Below, piece by piece: positions 24,201 to 39,200 of a DNA stretch of 64,000 bases. The stretch is from the human T2T-CHM13v2.0 reference genome, Homo sapiens, in the NCBI RefSeq assembly GCF_009914755.1, contig NC_060947.1. One strand, given 5' to 3'. Made by a program: the position numbers and the translations under genes. Every line of letters starts with the position of its first letter. The first letter of the stretch is position 1. The notes beneath the pieces were generated by a model that saw only the letters and a list, made by a program, of their open reading frames with translations, ran no database searches and had not been told where the DNA came from.

Positions 24201-27200
24201 TCCCAAAGAAGTTTCTGAGAATGCTTCCGTTTAGCTTTTAGGTGAAGATTATCCCGTTTCCAACGAAACCTTCAAAGAGGGCCAAATATCCCCTTGCGGA
24301 TCCCACAGAAAGAGTGTTTTGAAACTGCTGTTTCAAAAGGAATCTTCAACTCTGTGAGTTGAATGCAATCATCACAAAGAAGTTTCTGACAATGCTTCTC
24401 TCTCGTCTTTCTGTGAAGATAAAGGAAAAGGCTTTCAGGCCTTTTCCACCACAGGCCTGAAAGCGCTCCAAATGTCCACTTGCAGATTCTGCGAAAAGAA
24501 TATTTCAAAACTGCTCTATGAAAAGCAATGTTAAACTCTGTGGCTCGAACACAAACATCACAAAGCGGTTTCTGAGAATGCTTCAGTTTAGTTTTTCTGT
24601 GGAAATATTCCCGTTTCCAAAGAAATCTTCAAAGAGGTCCACGTATCCACTTACAGATTCTACAAAAAGACAGTTTCAAAACTGCTCCATCAAAAGGAGG
24701 GTTCAACCGTGTGACTTGAATGCAATCATCACTCAGAAGTTTCTGAGAATGCTTCTCTTTAGTTTTTACGTGAACATATACCCGTTTCGAACGAAGGCCA
24801 CCCAGTGGTCCAAATATCCACTTGCAGATTATACAGAAAGAGTGTTTCGATCCTGAACTCTCAAAGGCAGGTTCATCTCTGCGAGTTAAATGCATTCATC
24901 ATGAAGAACTTTCTCAGAGTGTTTGTGTTTAGTTATGGGAAATTATTCCCGTTTCCAACGAAATCCTCAGAGAGCTCCAAATATCCACCTGCAGATTCTA
25001 CCAAAAGTGTATTTGGAAACTGCTCCATCAAAAGGCATGTTCAGCTCTGTGAGTGAAACTCCATCATCACAAAGAATATTCTGAGAATGCTTCCGTTTGC
25101 CTTTTATATGAAGTTCCTTCCTGTACTACCGTAGGCCTCAAAGCAGTCCAAATCTCCATTTGCAGATTCTACAAAAAGAGTGATTCCAATCTGCTCTATC
25201 AATAGGATTGTTCAACTCCATGAGTTGAATGCCATCCTCACAAAGCAGTTTCTGAGAATGCTTCTATCTGGTTTTTGTGTGAAGATATTTCCTTTTCCAC
25301 CACAGGCCTCAAAGCCCTCCAAACGTCCACTTGCAGATTCTCGAAAAAGAGTGTTTCATAGCTGCTCTTTCAAAAGGAAAGTTCAACTCTGGGAGTTGAA
25401 TACAAACATCACAAAATAGTTTCCGAGAATGCTTCTGTTTAGTTTTTATGTGAAGATGATCCCGTTTCCAGTGAAATCTTCAAAGAGGTCCACATATCCC
25501 CTTGCAGATTCCAAAGAAAGAGGGTTTCAAAACTGCTCCATCAGAAGGATTGTTCAACTCTGTGAGTTGAATGCAGTCATCGCAGAAAACTTTCTGAGAA
25601 TGCTTCTGTCTAGGTTTGATGTGAAGATATAGACGTTTCAAACGAAGGCTACAAAGTGGTCAAAATATACACTTGCAGATTCTACTACAAGGGTGTTGCA
25701 AACCTGAACTATCAAAGGAAGGTTCAACTCTGTGAGTTGAATACAAACATCACAAAGAATGTTCTGAGTTTGCTTCCGTTCAGTTATGGGAAGTTGATCC
25801 CGTTTCCAACGAAATCCTCAGAGAGGTCCAAATATCCCCTCACAGATTCTACAAAACGTGTGTTTGGAAACTGCTCCATCATAACGAATGTTCAGCTCCC
25901 TGAGTTAAACTCCATCGTCACAAAGAATTTTCTGAGAGTGCTACCGTCTGGTTTTTATATGAAGTTCTTTCCTTCACTACCACAGGCGTCAAAGCGGTCC
26001 AAATCTCCACTTGCAGATTCTACAAAAAGAGTGTTTGCAAACTGCTCTATCAAAAGGAATGTTCAACTCTGGGAGTTGAATGCAATCATCACAGAGCAGT
26101 TTCTGAGAATGCTTCTATGTCGTTTTTAGGAGAAGATATTTCCTTTTCCAACACAGTCCTCCAAGCCCGCTAAATAGCCACTTGCACATTGTAGAAAAAG
26201 TGTGTCAAAGCTGCGCTATCAAAGGGAAAGTTCAACTCTGTGAGGTGAATGCAAACATCCCAAAGAAGTTTCTGAGAATGCTTCCGTTTAGCTTTTAGGT
26301 GAAGATTATCCCGTTTCCAACGAAACCTTCAAAGAGGTCCAAATATCCCCTTGCGGATCCCACAGAAAGAGTGTTTCGAAACTGCTGTTTCAAAAGGAAT
26401 CTTCAACTCTGTGAGTTGAATGCAATCATCACAAAGAAGTTTCTGACAATGCTTCTCTCTCGTCTTTCTGTGAAGATAAAGGAAAAGGCTTTCAGGCCTT
26501 TTCCACCACAGGCCTGAAAGCGCTCCAAATGTCCACTTGCAGATTCTGCGAAAAGAATATTTCAAAACTGCTCTATGAAAAGCAATGTTAAACTCTGTGG
26601 CTCGAACACAAACATCACAAAGCAGTTTCTGAGAATGCTTCAGTTTAGTTTTTCTGTGGAAATATTCCCGTTTCCAAAGAAATCTTCAAAGAGGTCCACG
26701 TATCCACTTACAGATTCTACAAAAAGACAGTTTCAAAACTGCTCCATCAAAAGGAGGGTTCAACTGTGTGACTTGAATGCAATCATCACTCAGAAGTTTC
26801 TGAGAATGCTTCTCTTTAGTTTTTACGTGAACATATACCCGTTTCGAACGAAGGCCACCCAGTGGTCCAAATATCCACTTGCAGATTATACAGAAAGTGT
26901 GTTTCGAACCTGAACTCTCAAAGGCAGGTTCATCTCTGCGAGTTAAATGCATTCATCATGAAGAACTTTCTCAGAGTGTTTGTGTTTAGTTATGGGAAAT
27001 TATTCCCGTTTCCAATGAAATCCTCAGAGAGCTCCAAATATCCACCTGCAGATTCTACCAAAAGTGTATTTGGAAACTGCTCCATCAAAAGGCATGTTCA
27101 GCTCTGTGAGTGAAACTCCATCATCACAAAGAACATTCTGAGAATGCTTCCGTTTGCCTTTTATCTGAAGTTCCTTCCTATACGACCGTAGGCCTCAAAG

Positions 27201-30200
27201 CAGTCCAAATCTCCATTTGCAGATTCTACAAAAAGAGTGATTCCAATCTGCTCTATCAATAGGATTGTTCAACTCCATGAGTTGAATGCCATCCTCACAA
27301 AGTCGTTTCTGAGAATGCTTCTATCTAGTTTTTATGTGAAGATATTTCCTTTTCCACCACAGGCCTCAAAGCCCTCCAAACGTCCACTTGCAGATTCTCG
27401 AAAAAGAGTGTTTCATAGCTGCTCTTTCAAAAGGAAAGTTCAACTCTGGCAGTTGAATACAAACATCACAAAGTAGTTTCCGAGAATGCTTCTGTTTAGT
27501 TTTTATGTGAAGATGATCCCGTTTCCAGTGAAATCTTCAAAGAGGTCCACATATCCCCTTGCAGATTCCAAAGAAAGAGGGTTTCAAAACTGCTCCATCA
27601 GAAGGATTGTTCAACTCTGTGAGTTGAATGCAGTCATCGCAGAAAACTTTCTGAGAATGCTTCTGTCTAGGTTTGATGTGAAGATATAGACGTTTCAAAC
27701 GAAGGCTACAAAGTGGTCAAAATATACACTTGCAGATTCTACTACAAGGGTGTTGCAAACCTGAACTATCAAAGGAAGGTTCAACTCTGTGAGTTGAATA
27801 CAAACATCACAAAGAATGTTCTGAGTTTGCTTCCGTTCAGTTATGGGAAGTTGATCCCGTTTCCAACGAAATCCTCAGAGAGGTCCAAATATCCCCTCAC
27901 AGATTCTACAAAACGTGTGTTTGGAAACTGCTCCATCATAACGAATGTTCAGCTCCCTGAGTTAAACTCCATCGTCACAAAGAATTTTCTGAGAGTGCTA
28001 CCGTCTGGTTTTTATATGAAGTTCTTTCCTTCACTACCACAGGCCTCAAAGCGGTCCAAATCTCCACTTGCAGATTCTACAAAAAGAGTGTTTGCAAACT
28101 GCTCTATCAAAAGGAATGTTCAACTCTGGGAGTTGAATGCAATCATCACAGAGCAGTTTCTGAGAATGCTTCTATGTCGTTTTTAGGAGAAGATATTTCC
28201 TTTTCCAACACAGTCCTCCAAGCCCGCTAAATAGCCACTTGCACATTGTAGAAAAAGTGTGTCAAAGCTGCGCTATCAAAGGGAAAGTTCAACTCTGTGA
28301 GGTGAATGCAAACATCCCAAAGAAGTTTCTGAGAATGCTTCCGTTTAGCTTTTAGGTGAAGATTATCCCGTTTCCAACGAAATCTTCAAAGAGGTCCAAA
28401 TATCCCCTTGCGGATCCCACAGAAAGAGTGTTTCGAAACTGCTGTTTCAAAAGGAATCTTCAACTCTGTGAGTTGAATGCAATCATCACAAAGAAGTTTC
28501 TGACAATGCTTCTCTCTCGTCTTTCTGTGAAGATAAAGGAAAAGGCTTTCAGGCCTTTTCCACCACAGGCCTGAAAGCGCTCCAAATGTCCACTTGCAGA
28601 TTCTGCGAAAAGAATATTTCAAAACTGCTCTATGAAAAGCAATGTTAAACTCTGTGGCTCGAACACAAACATCACAAAGCAGTTTCTGAGAATGCTTCAG
28701 TTTAGTTTTTCTGTGGAAATATTCCCGTTTCCAAAGAAATCTTCAAAGAGGTCCACGTATCCACTTACAGATTCTACAAAAAGACAGTTTCAAAACTGCT
28801 CCATCAAAAGGAGGGTTCAACTGTGTGACTTGAATGCAATCATCACTCAGAAGTTTCTGAGAATGCTTCTCTTTAGTTTTTACGTGAACATATACCCGTT
28901 TCGAACGAAGGCCACCCAGTGGTCCAAATATCCACTTGCAGATTCTACAGAAAGAGTGTTTCGAACCTGAACTCTCAAAGGCAGGTTCATCTCTGCGAGT
29001 TAAATGCATTCATCATGAAGAACTTTCTCAGCGTGTTTGTGTTTAGTTATGGGAAATTATTCCCGTTTCCAATGAAATCCTCAGAGAGCTCCAAATATCC
29101 ACCTGCAGATTCTACCAAAAGTGTATTTGGAAACTGCTCCATCAAAAGGCATGTTCAGCTCTGTGAGTGAAACTCCATCATCACAAAGAACATTCTGAGA
29201 ATGCTTCCGTTTGCCTTTTATATGAAGTTCCTTCCTATACGACCGTAGGCCTCAAAGCAGTCCAAATCTCCATTTGCAGATTCTACAAAAAGAGTGATTC
29301 CAATCTGCTCTATCAATAGGATTGTTCAACTCCATGAGTTGAATGCCATCCTCACAAAGTAGTTTCTGAGAATGCTTCTATCTAGTTTTTATGTGAAGAT
29401 ATTTCCTTTTCCACCACAGGCCTCAAAGCCCTCCAAACGTCCACTTGCAGATTCTCGAAAAAGAGTGTTTCATAGCTGCTCTTTCAAAAGGAAAGTTCAA
29501 CTCTGGCAGTTGAATACAAACATCACAAAGTAGTTTCCGAGAATGCTTCTGTTTAGTTTTTATGTGAAGATGATCCCGTTTCCAGTGAAATCTTCAAAGA
29601 GGTCCACATATCCCCTTGCAGATTCCAAAGAAAGAGGGTTTCAAAACTGCTCCATCAGAAGGATTGTTCAACTCTGTGAGTTGAATGCAGTCATCGCAGA
29701 AAACTTTCTGAGAATGCTTCTGTCTAGGTTTGATGTGAAGATATAGACGTTTCAAACGAAGGCTACAAAGTGGTCAAAATATACACTTGCAGATTCTACT
29801 ACAAGGGTGTTGCAAACCTGAACTATCAAAGGAAGGTTCAACTCTGTGAGTTGAATACAAACATCACAAAGAATGTTCTGAGTTTGCTTCCGTTCAGTTA
29901 TGGGAAGTTGATCCCGTTTCCAACGAAATCCTCAGAGAGGTCCAAATATCCCCTTGCAGATTCTACAAAACGTGTGTTTGGAAACTGCTCCATCATAACG
30001 AATGTTCAGCTCCCTGAGTTAAACTCCATCGTCACAAAGAATTTTCTGAGAGTGCTACCGTCTGGTTTTTATATGAAGTTCTTTCCTTCACTACCACAGG
30101 CCTCAAAGCGGTCCAAATCTCCACTTGCAGATTCTACAAAAAGAGTGTTTGCAAACTGCTCTATCAAAAGGAATGTTCAACTCTGGGAGTTGAATGCAAT

Positions 30201-33200
30201 CATCACAGAGCAGTTTCTGAGAATGCTTCTATGTCGTTTTTAGGAGAAGATATTTCCTTTTCCAACACAGTCCTCCAAGCCCGCTAAATAGCCACTTGCA
30301 CATTGTAGAAAAAGTGTGTCAAAGCTGCGCTATCAAAGGGAAAGTTCAACTCTGTGAGGTGAATGCAAACATCCCAAAGAAGTTTCTGAGAATGCTTCCG
30401 TTTAGCTTTTAGGTGAAGATTATCCCGTTTCCAACGAAACCTTCAAAGAGGTCCAAATATCCCCTTGCGGATCCCACAGAAAGAGTGTTTAGAAACTGCT
30501 GTTTCAAAAGGAATCTTCAACTCTGTGAGTTGAATGCAATCATCACAAAGAAGTTTCTGACAATGCTTCTCTCTCGTCTTTCTGTGAAGATAAAGGAAAA
30601 GGCGTTCAGGCCTTTGCCACCACAGGCCTGAAAGCGCTCCAAATGTCCACTTGCAGATTCTGCCAAAAGAATATTTCAAAACTGCTCTATGAAAAGCAAT
30701 GTTAAACTCTGTGGCTCGAACACAAACATCACAAAGAGGTTTCTGAGAATGCTTCAGTTTAGTTTTTCTGTGGAAATATTCCCGTTTCCAAAGAAATCTT
30801 CAAAGAGGTCCACGTATCCACTTACAGATTCTACAAAAAGACAGTTTCAAAACTGCTCCATCAAAAGGAGGGTTCAACTGTGTGACTTGAATGCAATCAT
30901 CACTCAGAAGTTTCTGAGAATGCTTCTCTTTAGTTTTTAGGTGAACATATACCCGTTTCGAACGAAGGCCACCCAGTGGTCCAAATATCCACTTGCAGAT
31001 TATACAGAAAGAGTGTTTCGAACCTGAACTCTCAAAGGCAGGTTCATCTCTGCGAGTTAAATGCATTCATCATGAAGAACTTTCTCAGAGTGTTTGTGTT
31101 TAGTTATGGGAAATTATTCCCGTTTCCAACGAAATCCTCAGAGAGCTCCAAATATCCACCTGCAGATTCTACCAAAAGTGTATTTGGAAACTGCTCCATC
31201 AAAAGGCATGTTCAGCTCTGTGAGTGAAACTCCATCATCACAAAGAATATTCTGAGAATGCTTCCGTTTGCCTTTTATATGAAGTTCCTTCCTGTACTAC
31301 CGTAGGCCTCAAAGCAGTCCAAATCTCCATTTGCAGATTCTATAAAAAGAGTGATTCCAATCTGCTCTATCAATAGGATTGTTCAACTCCATGAGTTGAA
31401 TGCCATCCTCACAAAGTAGTTTCTGAGAATGCTTCTATCTGGTTTTTGTGTGAAGATATTTCCTTTTCCACCACAGGCCTCAAAGCCCTCCAAACGTCCA
31501 CTTGCAGATTCTCGAAAAAGAGTGTTTCATAGCTGCTCTTTCAAAAGGAAAGTTCAACTCTGGGAGTTGAATACAAACATCACAAAGTAGTTTCCGAGAA
31601 TGCTTCTGTTTAGTTTTTATGTGAAGATGATCCCGTTTCCAGTGAAATCTTCAAAGAGGTCCACATATCCCCTTGCAGATTCCAAAGAAAGAGGGTTTCA
31701 AAACTGCTCCATCAGAAGGATTGTTCAACTCTGTGAGTTGAATGCAGTCATCGCAGAAAACTTTCTGAGAATGCTTCTGTCTAGGTTTGATGTGAAGATA
31801 TAGACGTTTCAAACGAAGGCTACAAAGTGGTCAAAATATACACTTGCAGATTCTACTACAAGGGTGTTGCAAACCTGAACTATCAAAGGAAGGTTCAACT
31901 CTGTGAGTTGAATACAAACATCACAAAGAATGTTCTGAGTTTGCTTCCGTTCAGTTATGGGAAGTTGATCCCGTTTCCAACGAAATCCTCAGAGAGGTCC
32001 AAATATCCCCTTGCAGATTCTACAAAACGTGTGTTTGGAAACTGCTCCATCATAACGAATGTTCAGCTCCCTGAGTTAAACTCCATCGTCACAAAGAATT
32101 TTCTGAGAGTGCTACCGTCTGGTTTTTATATGAAGTTCTTTCCTTCACTACCACAGGCCTCAAAGCGGTCCAAATCTCCACTTGCAGATTCTACAAAAAG
32201 AGTGTTTGCAAACTGCTCTATCAAAAGGAATGTTCAACTCTGGGAGTTGAATGCAATCATCACAGAGCAGTTTCTGAGAATGCTTCTATGTCGTTTTTAG
32301 GAGAAGATATTTCCTTTTCCAACACAGTCCTCCAAGCCCGCTAAATAGCCACTTGCACATTGTAGAAAAAGTGTGTCAAAGCTGCGCTATCAAAGGGAAA
32401 GTTCAACTCTGTGAGGTGAATGCAAACATCCCAAAGAAGTTTCTGAGAATGCTTCCGTTTAGCTTTTAGGTGAAGATTATCCCGTTTCCAACGAAACCTT
32501 CAAAGAGGTCCAAATATCCCCTTGCGGATCCCACAGAAAGAGTGTTTCGAAACTGCTGTTTCAAAAGGAATCTTCAACTCTGTGAGTTGAATGCAATCAT
32601 CACAAAGAAGTTTCTGACAATGCTTCTCTCTCGTCTTTCTGTGAAGATAAAGGAAAAGGCTTTCAGGCCTTTGCCACCACAGGCCTGAAAGCGCTCCAAG
32701 TGTCCACTTGCAGATTCTGCGAAAAGAATATTTCAAAACTGCTCTATGAAAAGCAATGTTAAACTCTGTGGCTCGAACACAAACATCACAAAGAGGTTTC
32801 TGAGAATGCTTCAGTTTAGTTTTTCTGTGGAAATATTCCCGTTTCCAAAGAAATCTTCAAAGAGGTCCACGTATCCACTTACAGATTCTACAAAAAGACA
32901 GTTTCAAAACTGCTCCATCAAAAGGAGGGTTCAACTGTGTGACTTGAATGCAATCATCACTCAGAAGTTTCTGAGAATGCTTCTCTTTAGTTTTTACGTG
33001 AACATATACCCGTTTCGAACGAAGGCCACCCAGTGGTCCAAATATCCACTTGCAGATTCTACAGAAAGAGTGTTTCAAACCTGAACTCTCAAAGGCAGGT
33101 TCATCTCTGCGAGTTAAATGCATTCATCATGAAGAACTTTCTCAGAGTGTTTGTGTTTAGTTATGGGAAATTATTCCCGTTTCCAACGAAATCCTCAGAG

Positions 33201-36200
33201 AGCTCCAAATATCCACCTGCAGATTCTACCAAAAGTGTATTTGGAAACTGCTCCATCAAAAGGCATGTTCACCTCTGTGAGTGAAACTCCATCATCACAA
33301 AGAATATTCTGAGAATGCTTCCGTTTGCCTTTTATATGAAGTTCCTTCCTGTACTACCGTAGGCCTCAAAGCAGTCCAAATCTCCATTTGCAGATTCTAT
33401 GAAAAGAGTGATTCCAATCTGCTCTATCAATAGGATTGTTCAATTCCATGAGTTGAATGCCATCCTCACAAAGTAGTTTCTGAGAATGCTTCTATCTGGT
33501 TTTTGTGTGAAGATATTTCCTTTTCCACCACAGGCCTCAAAGCCCTCCAAACGTCCACTTGCAGATTCTCGAAAAAGAGTGTTTCATAGCTGCTCTTTCA
33601 AAAGGAAAGTTCAACTCTGGGAGTTGAATACAAACATCACAAAGTAGTTTCTGAGAATGCTTCTGTTTAGTTTTTATGTGAAGATGATCCCGTTTCCAGT
33701 GAAATCTTCAAAGAGGTCCACATATCCCCTTGCAGATTCCAAAGAAAGAGGGTTTCAAAACTGCTCCATCAGAAGGATTGTTCAACTCTGTGAGTTGAAT
33801 GCAGTCATCGCAGAAAACTTTCTGAGAATGCTTCTGGCTAGGTTTGATGTGAAGATATAGACGTTTCAAACGAAGGCTACAAAGTGGTCAAAATATACAC
33901 TTGCAGATTCTACTACAAGGGTGTTGCAAACCTGAACTATCAAAGGAAGGTTCAACTCTGTGAGTTGAATACAAACATCACAAAGAATGTTCTGAGTTTG
34001 CTTCCGTTCAGTTATGGGAAGTTGATCCCGTTTCCAACGAAATCCTCAGAGAGGTCCAAATATCCCCTCGCAGATTCTACAAAACGTGTGTTTGGAAACT
34101 GCTCCATCATAACGAATGTTCAGCTCCCTGAGTTAAACTCCATCGTCACAAAGAATTTTCTGAGAGTGCTACCGTCTGGTTTTTATATGAAGTTCTTTCC
34201 TTCACTACCACAGGCCTCAAAGCGGTCCAAATCTCCACTTGCAGATTCTACAAAAAGAGTGTTTGCAAACTGCTCTATCAAAAGGAATGTTCAACTCTGG
34301 GAGTTGAATGCAATCATCACAGAGCAGTTTCTGAGAATGCTTCTATGTCGTTTTTAGAAGATATTTCCTTTTCCAACACAGTCCTCCAAGCCCGCTAAAT
34401 AGCCACTTGCACATTGTAGAAAAAGTGTGTCAAAGCTGCGCTATCAAAGGGAAAGTTCAACTCTGTGAGGTGAATGCAAACATCCCAAAGAAGTTTCTGA
34501 GAATGCTTCCGTTTAGCTTTTAGGTGAAGATTATCCCGTTTCCAACGAAACCTTCAAAGAGGTCCAAATATCCCCTTGCGGATCCCACAGAAAGAGTGTT
34601 TCGAAACTGCTGTTTCAAAAGGAATCTTCAACTCTGTGAGTTGAATGCAATCATCACAAAGAAGTTTCTGACAATGCTTCTCTCTCGTCTTTCTGTGAAG
34701 ATAAAGGAAAAGGCTTTCAGGCCTTTGCCACCACAGGCCTGAAAGCGCTCCAAATGTCCACTTGCAGATTCTGCGAAAAGAATATTTCAAAACTGCTCTA
34801 TGAAAAGCAATGTTAAACTCTGTGGCTCGAACACAAACATCACAAAGCGGTTTCTGAGAATGCTTCAGTTTAGTTTTTCTGTGGAAATATTCCCGTTTCC
34901 AAAGAAATCTTCAAAGAGGTCCACGTATCCACTTACAGATTCTACAAAAAGACAGTTTCAAAACTGCTCCATCAAAAGGAGGGTTCAACCGTGTGACTTG
35001 AATGCAATCATCACTCAGAAGTTTCTGAGAATGCTTCTCTTTAGTTTTTACGTGAACATATACCCGTTTCGAACGAAGGCCACCCAGTGGTCCAAATATC
35101 CACTTGCAGATTCTACAGAAAGAGTGTTTCGAACCTGAACTCTCAAAGGCAGGTTCATCTCTGCGAGTTAAATGCATTCATCATGAAGAACTTTCTCAGA
35201 GTGTTTGTGTTTAGTTATGGGAAATTATTCCCGTTTCCAACGAAATCCTCAGAGAGCTCCAAATATCCACCTGCAGATTCTACCAAAAGTGTATTTGGAA
35301 ACTGCTCCATCAAAAGGCATGTTCAGCTCTGTGAGTGAAACTCCATCATCACAAAGAATATTCTGAGAATGCTTCCGTTTGCCTTTTATATGAAGTTCCT
35401 TCCTGTACTACCGTAGGCCTCAAAGCAGTCCAAATCTCCATTTGCAGATTCTATAAAAAGAGTGATTCCAATCTGCTCTATCAATAGGATTGTTCAACTC
35501 CATGAGTTGAATGCCATCCTCACAAAGTCGTTTCTGAGAATGCTTCTATCTGGTTTTTGTGTGAAGATATTTCCTTTTCCACCACAGGCCTCAAAGCCCT
35601 CCAAACGTCCACTTGCAGATTCCCGAAAAAGAGTGTTTCATAGCTGCTCTTTCAAAAGGAAAGTTCAACTCTGGGAGTTGAATACAAACATCACAAAGTA
35701 GTTTCCGAGAATGCTTCTGTTTAGTTTTTATGTGAAGATGATCCCGTTTCCAGTGAAATCTTCAAAGAGGTCCACATATCCCCTTGCAGATTCCAAAGAA
35801 AGAGGGTTTCAAAACTGCTCCATCAGAAGGATTGTTCAACTCTGTGAGTTGAATGCAGTCATCGCAGAAAACTTTCTGAGAATGCTTCTGTCTAGGTTTG
35901 ATGTGAAGATATAGACGTTTCAAACGAAGGCTACAAAGTGGTCAAAATATACACTTGCAGATTCTACTACAAGGGTGTTGCAAACCTGAACTATCAAAGG
36001 AAGGTTCAACTCTGTGAGTTGAATACAAACATCACAAAGAATGTTCTGAGTTTGCTTCCGTTCAGTTATGGGAAGTTGATCCCGTTTCCAACGAAATCCT
36101 CAGAGAGGTCCAAATATCCCCTCGCAGATTCTACAAAACGTGTGTTTGGAAACTGCTCCATCATAACGAATGTTCAGCTCCCTGAGTTAAACTCCATCGT

Positions 36201-39200
36201 CACAAAGAATTTTCTGAGAGTGCTACCGTCTGGTTTTTATATGAAGTTCTTTCCTTCACTACCACAGGCCTCAAAGCGGTCCAAATCTCCACTTGCAGAT
36301 TCTACAAAAAGAGTGTTTGCAAACTGCTCTATCAAAAGGAATGTTCAACTCTGGGAGTTGAATGCAATCATCACAGAGCAGTTTCTGAGAATGCTTCTAT
36401 GTCGTTTTTAGGAGAAGATATTTCCTTTTCCAACACAGTCCTCCAAGCCCGCTAAATAGCCACTTGCACATTGTAGAAAAAGTGTGTCAAAGCTGCGCTA
36501 TCAAAGGGAAAGTTCAACTCTGTGAGGTGAATGCAAACATCCCAAAGAAGTTTCTGAGAATGCTTCCGTTTAGCTTTTAGGTGAAGATTATCCCGTTTCC
36601 AACGAAACCTTCAAAGAGGTCCAAATATCCCCTTGCGGATCCCACAGAAAGAGTGTTTCGAAACTGCTGTTTCAAAAGGAATCTTCAACTCTGTGAGTTG
36701 AATGCAATCATCACAAAGAAGTTTCTGACAATGCTTCTCTCTCGTCTTTCTGTGAAGATAAAGGAAAAGGCTTTCAGGCCTTTGCCACCACAGGCCTGAA
36801 AGCGCTCCAAATGTCCACTTGCAGATTCTGCCAAAAGAATATTTCAAAACTGCTCTATGAAAAGCAATGTTAAACTCTGTGGCTCGAACACAAACATCAC
36901 AAAGAGGTTTCTGAGAATGCTTCAGTTTAGTTTTTCTGTGGAAATATTCCCGTTTCCAAAGAAATCTTCAAAGAGGTCCACGTATCCACTTACAGATTCT
37001 ACAAAAAGACAGTTTCAAAACTGCTCCATCAAAAGGAGGGTTCAACTGTGTGACTTGAATGCAATCATCACTCAGAAGTTTCTGAGAATGCTTCTCTTTA
37101 GTTTTTACGTGAACATATACCCGTTTCGAACGAAGGCCACCCAGTGGTCCAAATATCCACTTGCAGATTATACAGAAAGAGTGTTTCGAACCTGAACTCT
37201 CAAAGGCAGGTTCATCTCTGCGAGTTAAATGCATTCATCATGAAGAACTTTCTCAGAGTGTGTGTGTTTAGTTATGGGAAATTATTCCCGTTTCCAACGA
37301 AATCCTCAGAGAGCTCCAAATATCCACCTGCAGATTCTACCAAAAGTGTATTTGGAAACTGCTCCATCAAAAGGCATGTTCAGCTCTGTGAGTGAAACTC
37401 CATCATCACAAAGAATATTCTGAGAATGCTTCCGTTTGCCTTTTATATGAAGTTCCTTCCTGTACTACCGTAGGCCTCAAAGCAGTCCAAATCTCCATTT
37501 GCAGATTCTACAAAAAGAGTGATTCCAATCTGCTCTATCAATAGGATTGTTCAACTCCATGAGTTGAATGCCATCCTCACAAAGTCGTTTCTGAGAATGC
37601 TTCTATCTAGTTTTTATGTGAAGATATTTCCTTTTCCACCACAGGCCTCAAAGCCCTCCAAACGTCCACTTGCAGATTCTCGAAAAAGAGTGTTTCATAG
37701 CTGCTCTTTCAAAAGGAAAGTTCAACTCTGGCAGTTGAATACAAACATCACAAAGTAGTTTCCGAGAATGCTTCTGTTTAGTTTTTATGTGAAGATGATC
37801 CCGTTTCCAGTGAAATCTTCAAAGAGGTCCACATATCCCCTTGCAGATTCCAAAGAAAGAGGGTTTCAAAACTGCTCCATCAGAAGGATTGTTCAACTCT
37901 GTGAGTTGAATGCAGTCATCGCAGAAAACTTTCTGAGAATGCTTCTGTCTAGGTTTGATGTGAAGATATAGACGTTTCAAACGAAGGCTACAAAGTGGTC
38001 AAAATATACACTTGCAGATTCTACTACAAGGGTGTTGCAAACCTGAACTATCAAAGGAAGGTTCAACTCTGTGAGTTGAATACAAACATCACAAAGAATG
38101 TTCTGAGTTTGCTTCCGTTCAGTTATGGGAAGTTGATCCCGTTTCCAACGAAATCCTCAGAGAGGTCCAAATATCCCCTCACAGATTCTACAAAACGTGT
38201 GTTTGGAAACTGCTCCATCATAACGAATGTTCAGCTCCCTGAGTTAAACTCCATCGTCACAAAGAATTTTCTGAGAGTGCTACCGTCTGGTTTTTATATG
38301 AAGTTCTTTCCTTCACTACCACAGGCCTCAAAGCGGTCCAAATCTCCACTTGCAGATTCTACAAAAAGAGTGTTTGCAAACTGCTCTATCAAAAGGAATG
38401 TTCAACTCTGGGAGTTGAATGCAATCATCACAGAGCAGTTTCTGAGAATGCTTCTATGTCGTTTTTAGGAGAAGATATTTCCTTTTCCAACACAGTCCTC
38501 CAAGCCCGCTAAATAGCCACTTGCACATTGTAGAAAAAGTGTGTCAAAGCTGCGCTATCAAAGGGAAAGTTCAACTCTGTGAGGTGAATGCAAACATCCC
38601 AAAGAAGTTTCTGAGAATGCTTCCGTTTAGCTTTTAGGTGAAGATTATCCCGTTTCCAACGAAATCTTCAAAGAGGTCCAAATATCCCCTTGCGGATCCC
38701 ACAGAAAGAGTGTTTCGAAACTGCTGTTTCAAAAGGAATCTTCAACTCTGTGAGTTGAATGCAATCATCACAAAGAAGTTTCTGACAATGCTTCTCTCTC
38801 GTCTTTCTGTGAAGATAAAGGAAAAGGCTTTCAGGCCTTTTCCACCACAGGCCTGAAAGCGCTCCAAATGTCCACTTGCAGATTCTGCGAAAAGAATATT
38901 TCAAAACTGCTCTATGAAAAGCAATGTTAAACTCTGTGGCTCGAACACAAACATCACAAAGCAGTTTCTGAGAATGCTTCAGTTTAGTTTTTCTGTGGAA
39001 ATATTCCCGTTTCCAAAGAAATCTTCAAAGAGGTCCACGTATCCACTTACAGATTCTACAAAAAGACAGTTTCAAAACTGCTCCATCAAAAGGAGGGTTC
39101 AACTGTGTGACTTGAATGCAATCATCACTCAGAAGTTTCTGAGAATGCTTCTCTTTAGTTTTTACGTGAACATATACCCGTTTCGAACGAAGGCCACCCA

